This document shows, one piece after another, positions 27,856 to 40,544 of a stretch of 64,000 nucleotides of DNA (position 1 is the stretch's first letter; each line of letters starts with the position of its first letter). Origin of the DNA: Octopus sinensis (taxonomy: Eukaryota); assembly GCF_006345805.1 (NCBI RefSeq), contig NC_043001.1, forward strand, positions 48,298,001 through 48,362,000, in the 5' to 3' direction. The translations under genes were made by a program, and so were the position numbers. The notes under the pieces are model-generated. The model was not told the DNA's origin. It worked only from the letters and a program-made list of their open reading frames with translations, and searched no databases.

Positions 27856-28520
27856 GCTCTACAGGTACTGACGTGCTTTCAGACGGACCTGTCCGAGATG
27901 TGAGCAGGGCGATGAAACCGTTCTGCATGCACTCGTCCAGTGTCCAGGCTTTGCTGACTTGTGGAGCTTTGTCGAACACTTATTGTCGCATATAGGACGG
28001 TTCCGAGTCACTTTCTTATGGTAGGAAAGAGCAGGCAGTTTTCCTCTGGTTAGTGGATGTGACAAAAGAGGTAATGTGATGGACTAGGTTTAAAGAACTT
28101 AAGACAGTCACCTTCCACTTCGGCCAGGGTCTCATCGACTTTTTAGAGTTCCACTTGAAAAGAAAGTGAGGGTGGAGTGGGAAGTGCTGCACCCATGTCA
28201 GTTTGTTGAAAGGTGGGTAAATGTGGCGAGGATGGCCCATGTAAATGGCCCTACTCTGAGCATGCACCTATAGACCAGAGAGAATGGAGAAGGGAAGGAT
28301 GGGGTATCGTTGGCATTCGGAGTATCCAGGAGTGGGGTCCTTGGCTGTCCCTGGGTGGAGCTTCCTCGCTTTTGAGGAATTTTAGTGTTCGATTATTTAT
28401 TGTTAATTTTTATAGACCTTTTTACTCTTTACACGCACTATATATACATCACCACTGTCCTTTGTGTTGTATCGCCCTTTGCTTTTGTGTGCGACCCTTG
28501 TGGTCAATAAAGAAAATATG
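27855..28520 (+). mobile_element. L1/Tx1-clade LINE 3' fragment
   Basis: Homologous to 59740-60200: CCHC knuckle CPRCEQGDETVLHALVQC and RWVNVARMA end. AATAAA near 28506 followed by an (ATT)n tail. Confidence 0.85.
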
Positions 28521-28521
28521 A

Positions 28522-28580
28522 TTATTATTATTATTATTATTATATTATTATTATTATTATTATTACTAGTAGTAGTAGTA

Positions 28581-28628
<48 letters not shown>
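28522..28628. repeat. (ATT)n/(TAG)n compound microsatellite
   Basis: Read directly from the sequence. Confidence 0.95.
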
Positions 28629-28629
<1 letters not shown>

Positions 28630-30610
28630 TTCTTGTTCAGATGTGCTTAATATTTACTCCCCGATTTCTAAATTTTCTTCGAGCGTGACTGAAAGAAATA
28701 ATTTTCACATTGGTCTTTACATAGGGATATTTACTGAACATTTTTTGGAAGTCTAGGTCGTATCAGCAACAAATTCCATTTACCATTATAACTCCAAGTT
28801 AATAATAATATCACGCTCTATGTGAACCGCCTCCAGCAGAAATTACATTGAATAAAATATCACAGTTCCCAAACAAGAGAAAAAAAAACAAATTCTAAAA
28901 TAAATATTAATGGACACACAAAGATACAAGATATGGTAATTGAAAATATAATAAGAATCCAGCAAAAACATGAAGCATTATATGCAATTCCTTTCATAAG
29001 AACAAAAACAACAACGACAAAAGCAGCAACAAATACACGTACTTTTTCAACAAAAGTATGGAGAACAGTACATAAACCATCATTGCGAAAAACAACCTTC
29101 ACTGCAATATTAATCCATCCCCTTATGAAAATGAAGACCAAACTGAAGCCATGCAGTGGATGCTGAGAGAAAGGTTTTCAGACAAAGTATTGGTTAGGAA
29201 GCCCAGCTGCTATACATTCGGAAGTAAAAGTCTAAAAGATGTTTGAAAGGAGAAAAATGAGAAGTAGAAGAAAAAAACACTGAAGCAACCGAAGCAAATC
29301 TCAGTGGTTGCTGATGTTATGGCAGCAGCATGAAATAAGTCGGCACCATGGGAAACTCGAGAGTCGTAGTGAAAAAGTCTTCCCCCGCTCTCTGCGAAGC
29401 CTTGTAGTGGGTGCTGTGAGGAAGGCTTTCAGAATAAGCTGCTGCTCAAGTAGGAGTAAAAGTCATTTAAAGTATGTTTGAACGGACAAAACTAAAACGT
29501 AAAAAACAAAGCAGAGAAAATTATAGTGGTTGCAGCGTGGTGTAAGTCGGCACTTTGGGAAGCTCTAGATTTGCTGTAAAAAATTGCCCGCTCTTTCCCT
29601 AATCGACTGGCTGATACAACGAGAGAAACTTACAACAAAGCAGCGACAATGCAACTTAAATCACCAGAAAGTCCCTATCACCTCATAGTGATTCTTTGCC
29701 ATTCACTTACAAGGATGGGTACCAAACGGAGGTTGAAAAAGAATGGTAGATTTTTCCTAAAATAACGAAAATAAAAACGGTAATATATATCGCGATGGAG
29801 GAAATTCCCTCTTCGATGCGGTTGAGTGCATATTCTGTACAGTAGAGCCGTTTTCCCTGAGTAGAAATCCATTATTTCCCTAAATAAAATTAAATTCACA
29901 GCTATACGCAAACGAAATACTGAGCGGGGGATGTGATGGGACTAGACATAATAAAGCATAATAAAGCTGAGTGTATTTCGTTCACAAGTCAATCAACCGC
30001 AAAATGTGAACTTATTTTCCGACCCTGAACAAAGAATTCACTACGTAACATTCAGCGTTAATGTGTTGAACAATTGCAGAGATTGTATAAAGAGAATATG
30101 AACTTAGGGCAGTGGAGTGTCCTGATCAACGCAAATGAAATTTTGAATTATTTATACCGTTTCAATAAGGATGTTTTATTATATTCATTTATTACTTCTG
30201 TGTAATTATGTGTATGATATTTTCCCATAAATTTTAGAACCTCACCTCTTATTTATTGCATAAATCTCTTTCAGGTATAACAGGTTTGTCCCGCCTCAAA
30301 CATAAGCATCCTCTTTAATTTTTAATGTTCTACGTACGAATACGGTATGCTTTTGTGGTCAGTGACTAATAAATCATTAGTAATTGCCTTCATCATCATT
30401 ATCATCATCATAGTCTTGTAACAATTTTTGAAGCATTAAATTATAAATATAAATAAATGAATGACTTATAAAATTGAGAAATGAAGCTCATAATTTGGTG
30501 ACAAATATTTTTATTACCATCGCTATCACCATCAATAAACTGAAAAATAAATGGGAAAGCAGATAGATACATACATGAATGTGTGAATAAATCAATGAAT
30601 AAATGAATAA

Positions 30611-30611
<1 letters not shown>

Positions 30612-30696
<85 letters not shown>

Positions 30697-30697
30697 G
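30612..30697. repeat. (GATA)n microsatellite (one example of many; others at about 3355-3412, 3548-3632, 16035-16130, 24150-24220, 58449-58526)
   Basis: Read directly from the sequence. Confidence 0.95.
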
Positions 30698-31109
30698 AAT
30701 TAGTAAATTAATAAATATATAAATAAATTATTGTATTGTACATGTATTGTTTTGGCTGCTATAATAATTTCTATTATCATCAATAACCGTTGTTTATTAC
30801 TAGACATTGCAATATATGATGATATTTGAAGAAATTTAGGTGTTCGGATCCGAGGAAAATATTTTGTAAATGAAACCAGTGGAGCTAAAACTGAAAACAC
30901 CGTCATGAAAATAACTTTGAAACCGACTTTCACCAGAGACAAATTTCAGTTTCTAAATTAGGCACAAAGTCTTGAGGGAAGGGTTTTCTCCATTACATTG
31001 ACATCAGTGCGTGACTGGTACTTTATTCTTTTGGGCTCGAAAGAGTGAACGTTAAAGACAACATCGACGCGATTTGAATTCAGAATGCATACACGCGGAA
31101 GAACTATCA

Positions 31110-31635
31110 CGAAGGTGAGCTGAAAAGTTCATAGGCTGACTATGAAGGATGATGCTAGAGCTGTGGAATCTTACATGCATTAATTTCCAATGTTCTTATG
31201 AATTGCTGCATTGTTTCCTTCCAGGTAAACTGACATCAGACTGTTCAAGGATGACTTCAAATGTAACTAATAGCGACTTCTCTTGAAAACTGACAAAATG
31301 TGGCATCGCGGTGTTATCAAGTACTTGCTGGAAAATAGTTTAGTTCCCAAAGACAGTCATGCTGACATGCTTGCTACATAAGAGGATGGTTATCCAGGGC
31401 AAAAGTGAGGAGCTGAATTTAGGAGGAGAAAAGAGAGTCTTGAAGATGACCCTAGGTCATGACGTCCTACAACCTCCACTACAAAGAAAAACACTGATTG
31501 TGTTCACCACATGCAGATGGAGGACAGGCAACTGACTATAAATCAAATAGCCAATGCTATTGAAAAATAAACCTCATTTGGTCACATTCCGTTAGGGTAT
31601 CTTCGTCAGCCTATGAACTTTTCAGTCGGCCCTCG
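31110..31635 (+). mobile_element. Internally deleted mariner (irritans-like), 526 bp
   Basis: TIRs CGA(A/G)GG...CTGAAAAGTTCATAGGCTGAC at both ends, TA at 31636-37. Only the N-terminal transposase remains (WHRGVIKYL...ESLEDDPRS..RPTTST...DRQLTINQIA). Confidence 0.88.
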
Positions 31636-32551
31636 TACAACGCAGTTTTCGACTCGCTCGCTCTCACAGTTCAATAAAAACCATAACAGACAATATAATA
31701 TTGGTAACAAAAGAAAATGCGATGCAAACATTAATGAAACAAGGCATGCTGCATTTATTTATATTTTAATGAAAATAAGGCTGGCTGAAGGTCCTGGCAA
31801 TTGGGATCATTATGACATTGCAGGAATCACCTCATCTTACGGATCTGCCATATACAAGGGGTGAAATGGAAAAACACTAAATAAAATATTATTTTTACAT
31901 TTTTTAAATTGTAAGGAATACTTCGGGTCAACATATGGTGTTTTTACATTTTGCCGAAACATTGAGAATATACGTGTAATTCAGTTTCTCAAAGGTACCA
32001 GTAACAAGAGGACTGCCTACGAGTAGCAGACATTCTCATTGTATAGTTATTATATACGAATTATATGTTCCAGTTTTTCATGATCGTCCGACGACCGTAC
32101 GCGAGAAACTGATAAAAACAATTTTCAAACTGTCAGCGTTCAATAAATTATAAAAGAATTCATTTGAAAAGTCAGTGCTGAGCATTCCCGTTCTTCCTCT
32201 TATTAACACTCAAGGGTTTATTTGTGTGTGTATGTGCGTGTGCGTGCGTGCATGCGCGCGTGTGTGCGTGCATGTGTGCGTGTGTGTTTGTGTATGTGTG
32301 TGTGCGTGCGTGCGAGAGAGAGAGAGAGAGAACTACTCCAGCTGTTTGCTAAATCTAATAGGTCACCACTGCCACTTATTATCACCAGATGTTTCATGGA
32401 AAACATTTGTTCAATAAGTGGTTTATTGTTTAATAGATCTTATGATAGTTTCCAGTAAATAACACCGGAACACGTGAGCATACCCATTCGTATACATCAC
32501 ACACGCACATAACATAACACGAAAACATGTATACAAGAACACAAAGAGATG

Positions 32552-32612
<61 letters not shown>

Positions 32613-32781
32613 TATGTTTTTGTGAGAAAGCGTCCGCGTGTGCGTGTAGTCATGTAGAAATGTTCATGTACAAATATTCATACGTATATGTGTGTATGAT
32701 TATATATATACACACATATATATATGTATATAATATATACATGTATATATACACACACATACACACAGATATATGTATGCC

Positions 32782-32817
<36 letters not shown>

Positions 32818-33479
32818 CGTTTCTGCAGGTGCGTATACGAATATGTCTGTGCATATATACATGCATAGATACACGAGACAGAGAGAGAGGGAGAGAGCGA
32901 TGCTCACGCACTTACGCACGCACACACACACACACACACACATACACAAACAGATACATTTCTCGTCTCCTAATAGTCCCGACGGAGTCTTATCGCTAAG
33001 CGGCGGGTTCCTCGAAACTTGTCTGTTTCACTGAATGAAATCAATTCCCACCATATTCAACATCGCACCGCTAGAAGCCTTTTATTCTCCCTCTCTCTCT
33101 CTGTCTCTCTGTCTCTCTCTCTCTCTCTGTGTCTCTCTCTCTCTTATTTTACTCATTTTTGTATGAGCACGTCTTCTTTTGTTCGTGCATATATACCTGT
33201 ATTCAGAGTAAACATCTCCATGTTTAAAGATTTTTATTCCTTATTGATTTTTAAATCGTGCAGACGGCCACAATATTTTGCGGACAGGCGCAGAGTCGAT
33301 TAGAGTTTTATATAGTACAAGTGGTTACTATTTTTATTTAATCCAGAATAATGAAAGGCATCAAATTTTGTTTAATCTGGAAGAATTAAATGCTATATTG
33401 GACGTTGTAGTTTTTTAAGCTACGGCGAACGTATTCAGTAAATCTCCATACAATTATGCCACATTGGTGAGGTGAGTGA

Positions 33480-35040
33480 AGAATGGTAGAATGCAACACT
33501 AAATGCCAATAAGGTGCTGAGCTGGCAGAATTGATACCTCGTCGGAAAAAATTTTTGCGGTATTTCTTCTGACTTTATGTTCTGAGTTCGACTTTGCATT
33601 CCGAGGTCGACTTTGCATTCCATCCTTTTGAAGTCGATAATTTAAGTACCATTTGAGCACTGGGTTCGATGTCATCGATTTCCTCACAATTTAAAATTGC
33701 AGGCCTTTTGTCATAATAGGAATAGAATATTGATTTTAAAGTTTGGCACAAGGTCAGCAAGTTTAGATTAAGTCGATTACACCGACCCCAGTGCTCGACT
33801 GGTACTTATTTGATAGACTACGAAAGGATGAAAAGCGAAGTCAACAAAGGATATTCTTTTCTAATCAAGGCACAATACCCGAAATTTTTGGGGAAGGGGG
33901 CCAGTCGATTAGATCGAGCCCAGGACGCAGCTGGTACTTTATTTATCGACCCCGAAAGGATGAAAGTCAAAGACGACCTCAACGGAATTTGATCTCAGAA
34001 CATAAAGACAGACGAAATACCGCTAAGCATTAAGAAAAGGATATTACCTTAACCAATAAGGCAGAGAGATGGCAGAATCGATAGCGTATCGGAGAAAATA
34101 TCTGATTCAATATATTTTGAGTTCAAATTCCGTTGAAGTACCAGTCAAGTACTGGATCGATGTAATCGACTTGCTTCTCTAACAAAAACTGCTGACCTTG
34201 TACTCGAATCAGCAAGAACTGTTATTAAGATGGCGAACAGGTAGAAACATTACTTCGCCGGATAAAATATTTAGTGATATTTCTTCCGGCTCTTTGAATG
34301 TCACCGAAGTCTACTTTCTCTTTCATCCTTTTAGTATCAATAAAATAAGTTGAGAACAGTGGTGCGTCTGATTGACTTGCCCTTCCCTTTCAAGATAACC
34401 GGCTTTGTGCCAGAATAAGTAAGAGATATGTCATCAGTCAAGGTCGCTAGTTTAGGTTAATCTTTATAGCAGTAGTTCCCAGGCAAAGTAGCTAGAACAT
34501 GGGAGAAAATACCTTACGGTAATTACTCCGTTTCCCTACACTCTGAGTTCAAATTCTGAAGAAGTGAATCAACTTTCTATTGTATACGTACATCCTAAAT
34601 CGATGAAGTTAAAGAACCAGTCCTGGGTGATGGAATGCCGTTATTTGTTCTGGCCTTCTGCTTCCGGAGTTCTGATCCCAGCGAGGTCAAGGTAGCCTAT
34701 AAAAATTTTCAGATCGATAAAATAATTTACCAGTCAATCATGCGCAATGAGTTGGCGGAGTCGGTAGAGCATCAGAATGAGGTTCCTTGTGAAATGTGTT
34801 CACGTCCATCATTCACACTACTACCTTGTCTTTGGGTGACTTTAATAGAATTGACACAAAAGTGCAAGTTTTCGGGAAATATTCTCAATCAAGAATAACT
34901 TACAGCCCTTTCTCCTAAAGACAAACATTAAGCCGGGAAGAAAGTATTGTAACATTTCAAGATGGAAAGGAAACAAATTCATCACTGTAATATTTCCGTT
35001 GGCAGACTAATTAGCATGCCGGGGAAAATGCTTAGGAATA
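33480..35040. mobile_element. Cluster of decayed family B SINEs in both orientations
   Basis: Repeated GAGCTGGCAGAA, GAGTTC(G/A)A, GACTTTGC.TT.CATCC and GTCGAT..TAAGTACC motifs, forward near 33510, 34065, 34230, 34490 and 34745 and reverse at 33740-34035. Confidence 0.75.
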
Positions 35041-35048
35041 TGGTTCAT

Positions 35049-35336
35049 TGGTTAGAGCGTCGGGATCACTACCATGAGGTAGTGAGTTCGATTCCTGGAC
35101 CGGACTCTATGTTGTTTTATTGAGCAAGACACTTTAGAAATGAGTTGTGATGTCACTGGTGCCAAGCTGCATCGGCCTTTGCCTTTCCCTTGGATAACAT
35201 CGGTGTCGTGGAGAGGGGAGGCTGGTATGCATGGGCGACTGCTGGTCTTCCATAAACAACCTTGTCTAGTCTTGTGCCGAGAAGGGGAATTTCTAGGTGC
35301 AGTCCCATGGTCATTCATGACCGAAGGAGTGTCTTT
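35049..35336 (+). mobile_element. tRNA-derived SINE, family D
   Basis: Head TGGTTAGAGCGTCGG..GAGTTCGATTCC; tail GTCACTGGTGCCAAGCTG..CCTTTCCCTTGGATAACATCGG..GGTCATTCATGACCGAAGG. Confidence 0.85.
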
Positions 35337-35479
35337 ATTTCTTCTGCCTTTACCTTCTGACTTCAGATTCCGCCGAATTTGACTTTGCCTTTCATCCGTT
35401 CGGGGTCAATAAAATAAGTAAGAGCTGAGCCCCCTGCGCCTAACTTATTAGCCTTGTGCCAAATTTTGAAACCAATATG

Positions 35480-35690
35480 TGTTATCATTATTCATAAAAT
35501 AATCCCATCTGTTTGGCAGATTTTTTATTTCATAGATGTAAACTTCTTCAGGATTCGAAGGAAAGAAACAGTCAACATCATTTTTAACCTCTTCACAATT
35601 AATAAACTGCTTTCCTTCTAAACAATGTTGCAACGGTCTGAAAATAAAATAGCCAGCAAGGTCAGTAGAATAAGGTGAGTGAGGCAAAAC
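35480..35690 (-). mobile_element. Mariner transposase C-terminal fragment
   Basis: PHSPYSTDLA-GYFIFRPLQHCLEGKQF...IKNLPNRW. Confidence 0.8.
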
Positions 35691-38600
35691 CTACATCAGT
35701 AGAGAGGATATAACCTAATCTAGAAAACTTTTTATAGAGTCTAAGGAAGTGGACAGCACTTGTCAGCACAGTCTTTTGGATTTCTCTGAGACATGGGTCT
35801 CCTGGGAAGTTATCTAGATGCTTCTGACATTCCTTTATTATCATACCTAGGGCACCTCCAATAACAGGAACAGTTATTGCTTTAAGATGCCACATCTTTT
35901 GTATTTCAGTTTCCAGGTTTTTATATTTACTTAATTCGTCAAATTCCTTTACAGATATATTCTTTATCAGTGAGAAAACGTACATCTGTTAGTCTACAAG
36001 TATATTTTATCCTTATCTTTAATAAGTATGTCCGGTTGATTAGCCTAGATCGTTCTGTCGGTGTTAAATAGAAAACCTCAGTGGATGGTGACATTTTTAC
36101 ATTCAATGACTGGCTCAGGATGATGCTCCTACAAGTAAGCTGGACTGCCGATTTCGTAGTGTTTACATATTTTCCAATGTAAATACTGTCCTACGCTATC
36201 GTGGCGATTTTTGTATTCGTTTGGTGTCAGCACAGGACATCCCGAGACGAGATGGTTTCTTGTTTCGTCAAATGTGTCGTACAATCTGCATTTCGGGTCA
36301 AAACCGTTTTGAAGAACGTTAGCCTGGTAATTTTTGGTAGGCAATCTTTGGTCGTGTGCCACAAATTTGTAACCTTCAATCTCTGCTTTCAGTCCTGAAC
36401 TTCACAGCCATTGATGAATTGTTGCTTGGTCTGCATCAGCATTTTGACTTCGAAGAATATACTGTCCATGCAGGGGCTTCTGGCTCCACCGCTCCTCAAT
36501 TTCTTACCGTTTTGCTTGTTTGGTGGCAGTGGTTTCAGGTTCTTTGTATAATTCAGGATTAATGCCAAGTTCCCCTGCGAATTTGCAAGCTTCCTTGACA
36601 ATAGAATGTGTCTTTTTGATGCTTTCGTGTTTGCACACAAGCCGCAGTATCCAATCCTCTGTACTACAGAAGTACCTGCTCATTGTTATTGTGGAGGTCT
36701 TATAGCACAGTTCTACCTGCATCATTCACCTTCCACCATTTCTTCTAGGTAGGTACAGACGATCAACGTCTGCTATTGGGTGGTGCATGTTCTTAGATGT
36801 TAGGAGATTTCTTGTCTTCCAGTCCAGATTTTGGGGCGCCATAGGATTCCAGTGAATGATGTTAAAATTCCATTGGACTACTGGAAGTGCCGGGTATTAA
36901 TGACTCCAACGCGATTGAGCTCAGTTTTCAGTATGAGTCTTATTCTCCTTTCGTTTTCCTTCATAAAAGCATGTGTATACCATCTCCTTACTTTATCTGT
37001 AGGTATTTATAAATTTCTTGTAAGTCTTCTTGATGGTAGCGTCGGTATCTAATTTAATGGAAGCTGTTTGTCTGGGCTTGCGTCTTACAAATTAGCTTTA
37101 ACACAATTATCGAGTTCAAAATATGTCCTGATGTCATTGCTAAACTCTTTAACAGCTGTAAGCAGCCTTACTAGCTTTTGGTCATTTCTAGCTAACAGCT
37201 TCAGATCGTCCATATAAAACAGATGGTTTATTCCAGTATTATATACTTTGTATTCATACCTGGTGTTATTCAGTTTGTTTGAGAGTGGGATCAGTGTCCT
37301 GAAAAGGAGTAAAGGGGAGAGAAGGTCACCTTGAAATATGTGTCGTTTTATGTTGATGTTGTTGGATTTGCTCATCCCATTACTATGGTTTAGGAGACGT
37401 GTGTTCCACATGGCCATGCTACCTTGTAAAAATTTGGTGACGACAAAATAAATGAGGGGAGATATCTTAAGGGCATTGTGTAGCCAATTTTGTGGACACT
37501 GTCAAATGCTTTCCTGTAGTCTTATCTTTGCCTCGCTCAGTTCTTTTTGCTCTGTCTATTCCCTAAAATCATTTAATAAATGAGAAAGTGATATTTGCAC
37601 CCATAATAATTTCCTTTACAACCTTTGTGAGCTTGTAGAAGGATAGTGTTCTATTCAATGAAAGCGTATATTCTTTCAGTTACTATGGATGTGAGGGTCT
37701 TGTAGGTGGTGTTGAGACATGTAATTTGGTCGGTAGTTGTTCGGACTTTTTGTGTCTTTAGTTTTCAGTCGAAAGTATGCTGGTACTTCAGCCAGCCAGG
37801 CAGGTATTTGCTCTGGGTTCTGGATACCATCAGTTAGAAATGCAGCGAAATTTTGGTGTACTTCTGTCAAACAATTCAGCCAGAAGTTAGGGATCCGGTC
37901 CAATCCTGGAGGTTCTCATTCGTGAGACTTTCTAAGAACACATCTTAACTCTTGCATTCCTACTGCTACCCATTTCTGCTCTTCAACTTCAACCAGTCTT
38001 ATTTTCTCACGTTTTATCCAGTTAGCTTCAGCATTATATTCTTTTTTATTGCTCCATATCTTCTTCAAGAACTCTTTCATTTCCTCAGCCTTAGGCAGCT
38101 CCTTTACTTCTATCTTACTTTTGCCAATTATCCTATAAAATTTCTTTGCATCCATCTTGAATACCTTGTTTTGTCGATAAAATGTTATTCTTTTGACGTA
38201 TCTTCTAAGCCGTTGGGCTTTCAGCTCTATTCGTTGTTTCAATAGATCCTTCGTTACAGGGAGGTTTATAAAATCTTTGATTAAATATTTTTGTTTGATT
38301 TTTCTAACTTGTTTCGTCTTAGCATTTACTCCTCTAGCAACTTCATCAAGAAGTGATACATTCCCCTGCAGAGATTCAGTCTCTTTTTGTATTGCTACTT
38401 TCCACTTAGGAAGTCTATTGAGATAGTTGGTCCTTTTCCGTGTCGTTGTGATACCTAGTTGAGCAGTTACAACTTCAGCAGTGGAATAGATGAGGTTATT
38501 TAAGGTCGTTAGGTCATTCACCACATTTCTTAAGATCTGTCTAAAACCCAACGTTATATATCATGATTATGTTGTTGTTTTTTATGCTGTTTGGTAGCAG

Positions 38601-38930
38601 TTCTCTATTGATCATGTCAGTAAACTCAGCTTTGCTGAGTTCTTTCATATCTTCTTTTGCTTCTATGATCTTCTCTTTATTATTCATCTCAAAAGCTGTG
38701 TCATGTCTATTCTGGTGCTCTTGAGGTAGATATACTTTCTTCTCTTTTTTCACATATCTGTTCTTCGCTATTCTTTCTACAGCTTCCTCGCTGGATTCTG
38801 TACATCTGTTACCTATTTCATCTGGGTTGTTGCTGTTTTCATTTTGGTCTGCCATGAGATTTTTGTGTTTTAATTTGGTTAATTTCAGCGTCAGTTAACT
38901 TTTTAGTCTTAATGATATCTCTACGTACGT
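35690..38930 (-). mobile_element. Decayed R4/Dong-clade non-LTR retrotransposon (single ORF: RT, CCHC, REL endonuclease)
   Basis: RT motifs HIFQGDLLSPLL and HLFYMDDLKL; RIPNFWLNCL; knuckle CRL...ETRNHLVSGC and RHDSVGQYLHWKIC; REL end KEFDELSKYKNLETEIQKMW..VPVIGGALG. Many frameshifts. Confidence 0.9.
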
Positions 38931-38933
38931 TAT

Positions 38934-38950
38934 TATTATTGTTGTTGTTG

Positions 38951-38989
<39 letters not shown>

Positions 38990-39046
38990 GTTGTTGTTGT
39001 TGTTGTGTTGTTGTTGTTGTTATTGTTGCTGCTGCTGCTGTTGTTG
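38934..39046. repeat. (TAT)n/(TTG)n/(CTG)n compound triplet microsatellite between two R4-like elements
   Basis: Read directly from the sequence. Confidence 0.95.
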
Positions 39047-39512
39047 CCTTTGCACAGCTTCTAACGCGAAAGATGTACTACAGTGTCAGCTGTTCACCAC
39101 CAGTGAACTAAGGTAACTCCTCTTATTTTTCGAACACCTTCCGGAGTATTCAAGCGGTTCCAAACTGTGCTGTTTTCTGCAAGTCCTCCACTCTTACTGC
39201 AACCGTTATTTGTTCCACGTACTTCTCGAGAGTTTTGCTCACTGTTCCCAGGGCTCCGCTAATTATTGGTACTACTGCTATCTTTTTCATCGACCACTAC
39301 TGCTTAACTTCCCAAGCTAACCTGTCATATCTCTCGACTTTGCTTTCTTCCTTATCGTATACTTTGTTGTCAGCTGGGCATGCTATGTCTATGATCCAGC
39401 ATAGTTTGTTTTCTTTCTCAATTAAGACTACGTCCGACTTCCTATTCTCAATCTCATGGTCGTACTGAATCATAAAATCCCATAGGATCTTTGCATTATC
39501 ATTTTCGAGTTG
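39046..39512 (-). mobile_element. Second R4/Dong-clade element, 3' fragment (REL domain plus 3' UTR)
   Basis: ENDNAKILWDFMIQYDHEIENRKSDVVLIEK...IIDIACPADNKVYDKEESKVERYDRLAWEV...VVPIISGALGTV. Ends in an (AAC)n tail. Confidence 0.88.
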
Positions 39513-39690
39513 TCGCCTATTCATACCAGCCTCCCAGCTTGGCACCAGTGATCTCGCAACTCATTTCTGCAACTGAGTGAACTAGATCAATAAATAGACT
39601 TGCTCAAGAACATAACGCAACCCGGTCCGAGAATCGAACTCACAATCTCACGACTGTAAACCCGACAGTGTAACAGCTGGGCCAGATAAT
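39512..39690 (-). mobile_element. SINE family D, partial with internal deletion
   Basis: CATACCAGCCTCCC/AGCTTGGCACCAGTGA..GCAACTCATTT...GAATCGAACTC matches 35049-35336 on the opposite strand. Confidence 0.75.
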
Positions 39691-40072
39691 AGAACAACGG
39701 GTATATCCTATACTTGTGGGTTAATAGTGATAATAATGTTTAAATATGGGAAGTTTGAAATTACTACCATTGTTAATTAGAGCGCTTAAACCACTCCATG
39801 CATAAAGACATTGGTATCAGTATTAATCCACAAAGAAAAGTATATGTGTGTGTATGTTTGTGTGTACGTGCGTGTGTGTGTATGTGTGTGTGCGTACGCC
39901 CGCGACCGTCTGTCTCCTGCTTGTCTACATATTGCTTAAGGCAAATCTGATTTAATCTTCAATTAATTATGCATTTCCTTCTTGTATATTTATGATTTGA
40001 TGTGAAACGTACATTAACATTTAACATTTGGTAAATATGACTGATAATAAATTCATATATATGTATTTATAT

Positions 40073-40118
<46 letters not shown>

Positions 40119-40127
40119 AATATATAT

Positions 40128-40535
40128 ATGAGGATAGGTTGAGAAGTTCATATGCTGACTATGAAGGAGTAATGCTAGAGGTGTGAAATTCTGTATACAT
40201 TAATTTCAAAATTCTTATCATTATTAACTGCATTAAGGCGACGAGCTGGCAGAATCGTTAGCACACCGGGCAAAATGCTTACAGGTATTTCGTCCATCTT
40301 GAAATTCTGAATTCAAAAGCCACCGGGGTCGACTTTAGCCGTTAACCCTTTTGGAAGTCGATGTAATCGACTACCCCCGCCCCCACCCCACCAACCGAAA
40401 TTGTTGGCCTTGTGCCACAGTTTGAAACCATCATTAACTGCATTGTTTCTTCCCATGTAAATTGACATCTGACCTGTAAATTGACATCTGATTCAAAAGT
40501 AACTAGTAGCGACTTCTGATGATAATTGCCATGAG
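40128..40535 (+). mobile_element. 5' relic of the same mariner family as 31110-31635, interrupted by a family B SINE (40235-40430)
   Basis: GAAAAGTTCATA.GCTGACTATGAAGGA...ATGCTAGAG and TAACTAGTAGCGACTTCT are shared with 31110-31300. The SINE is flanked by a 15-bp TSD. Confidence 0.78.
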
Positions 40536-40544
40536 AAATTAGAA

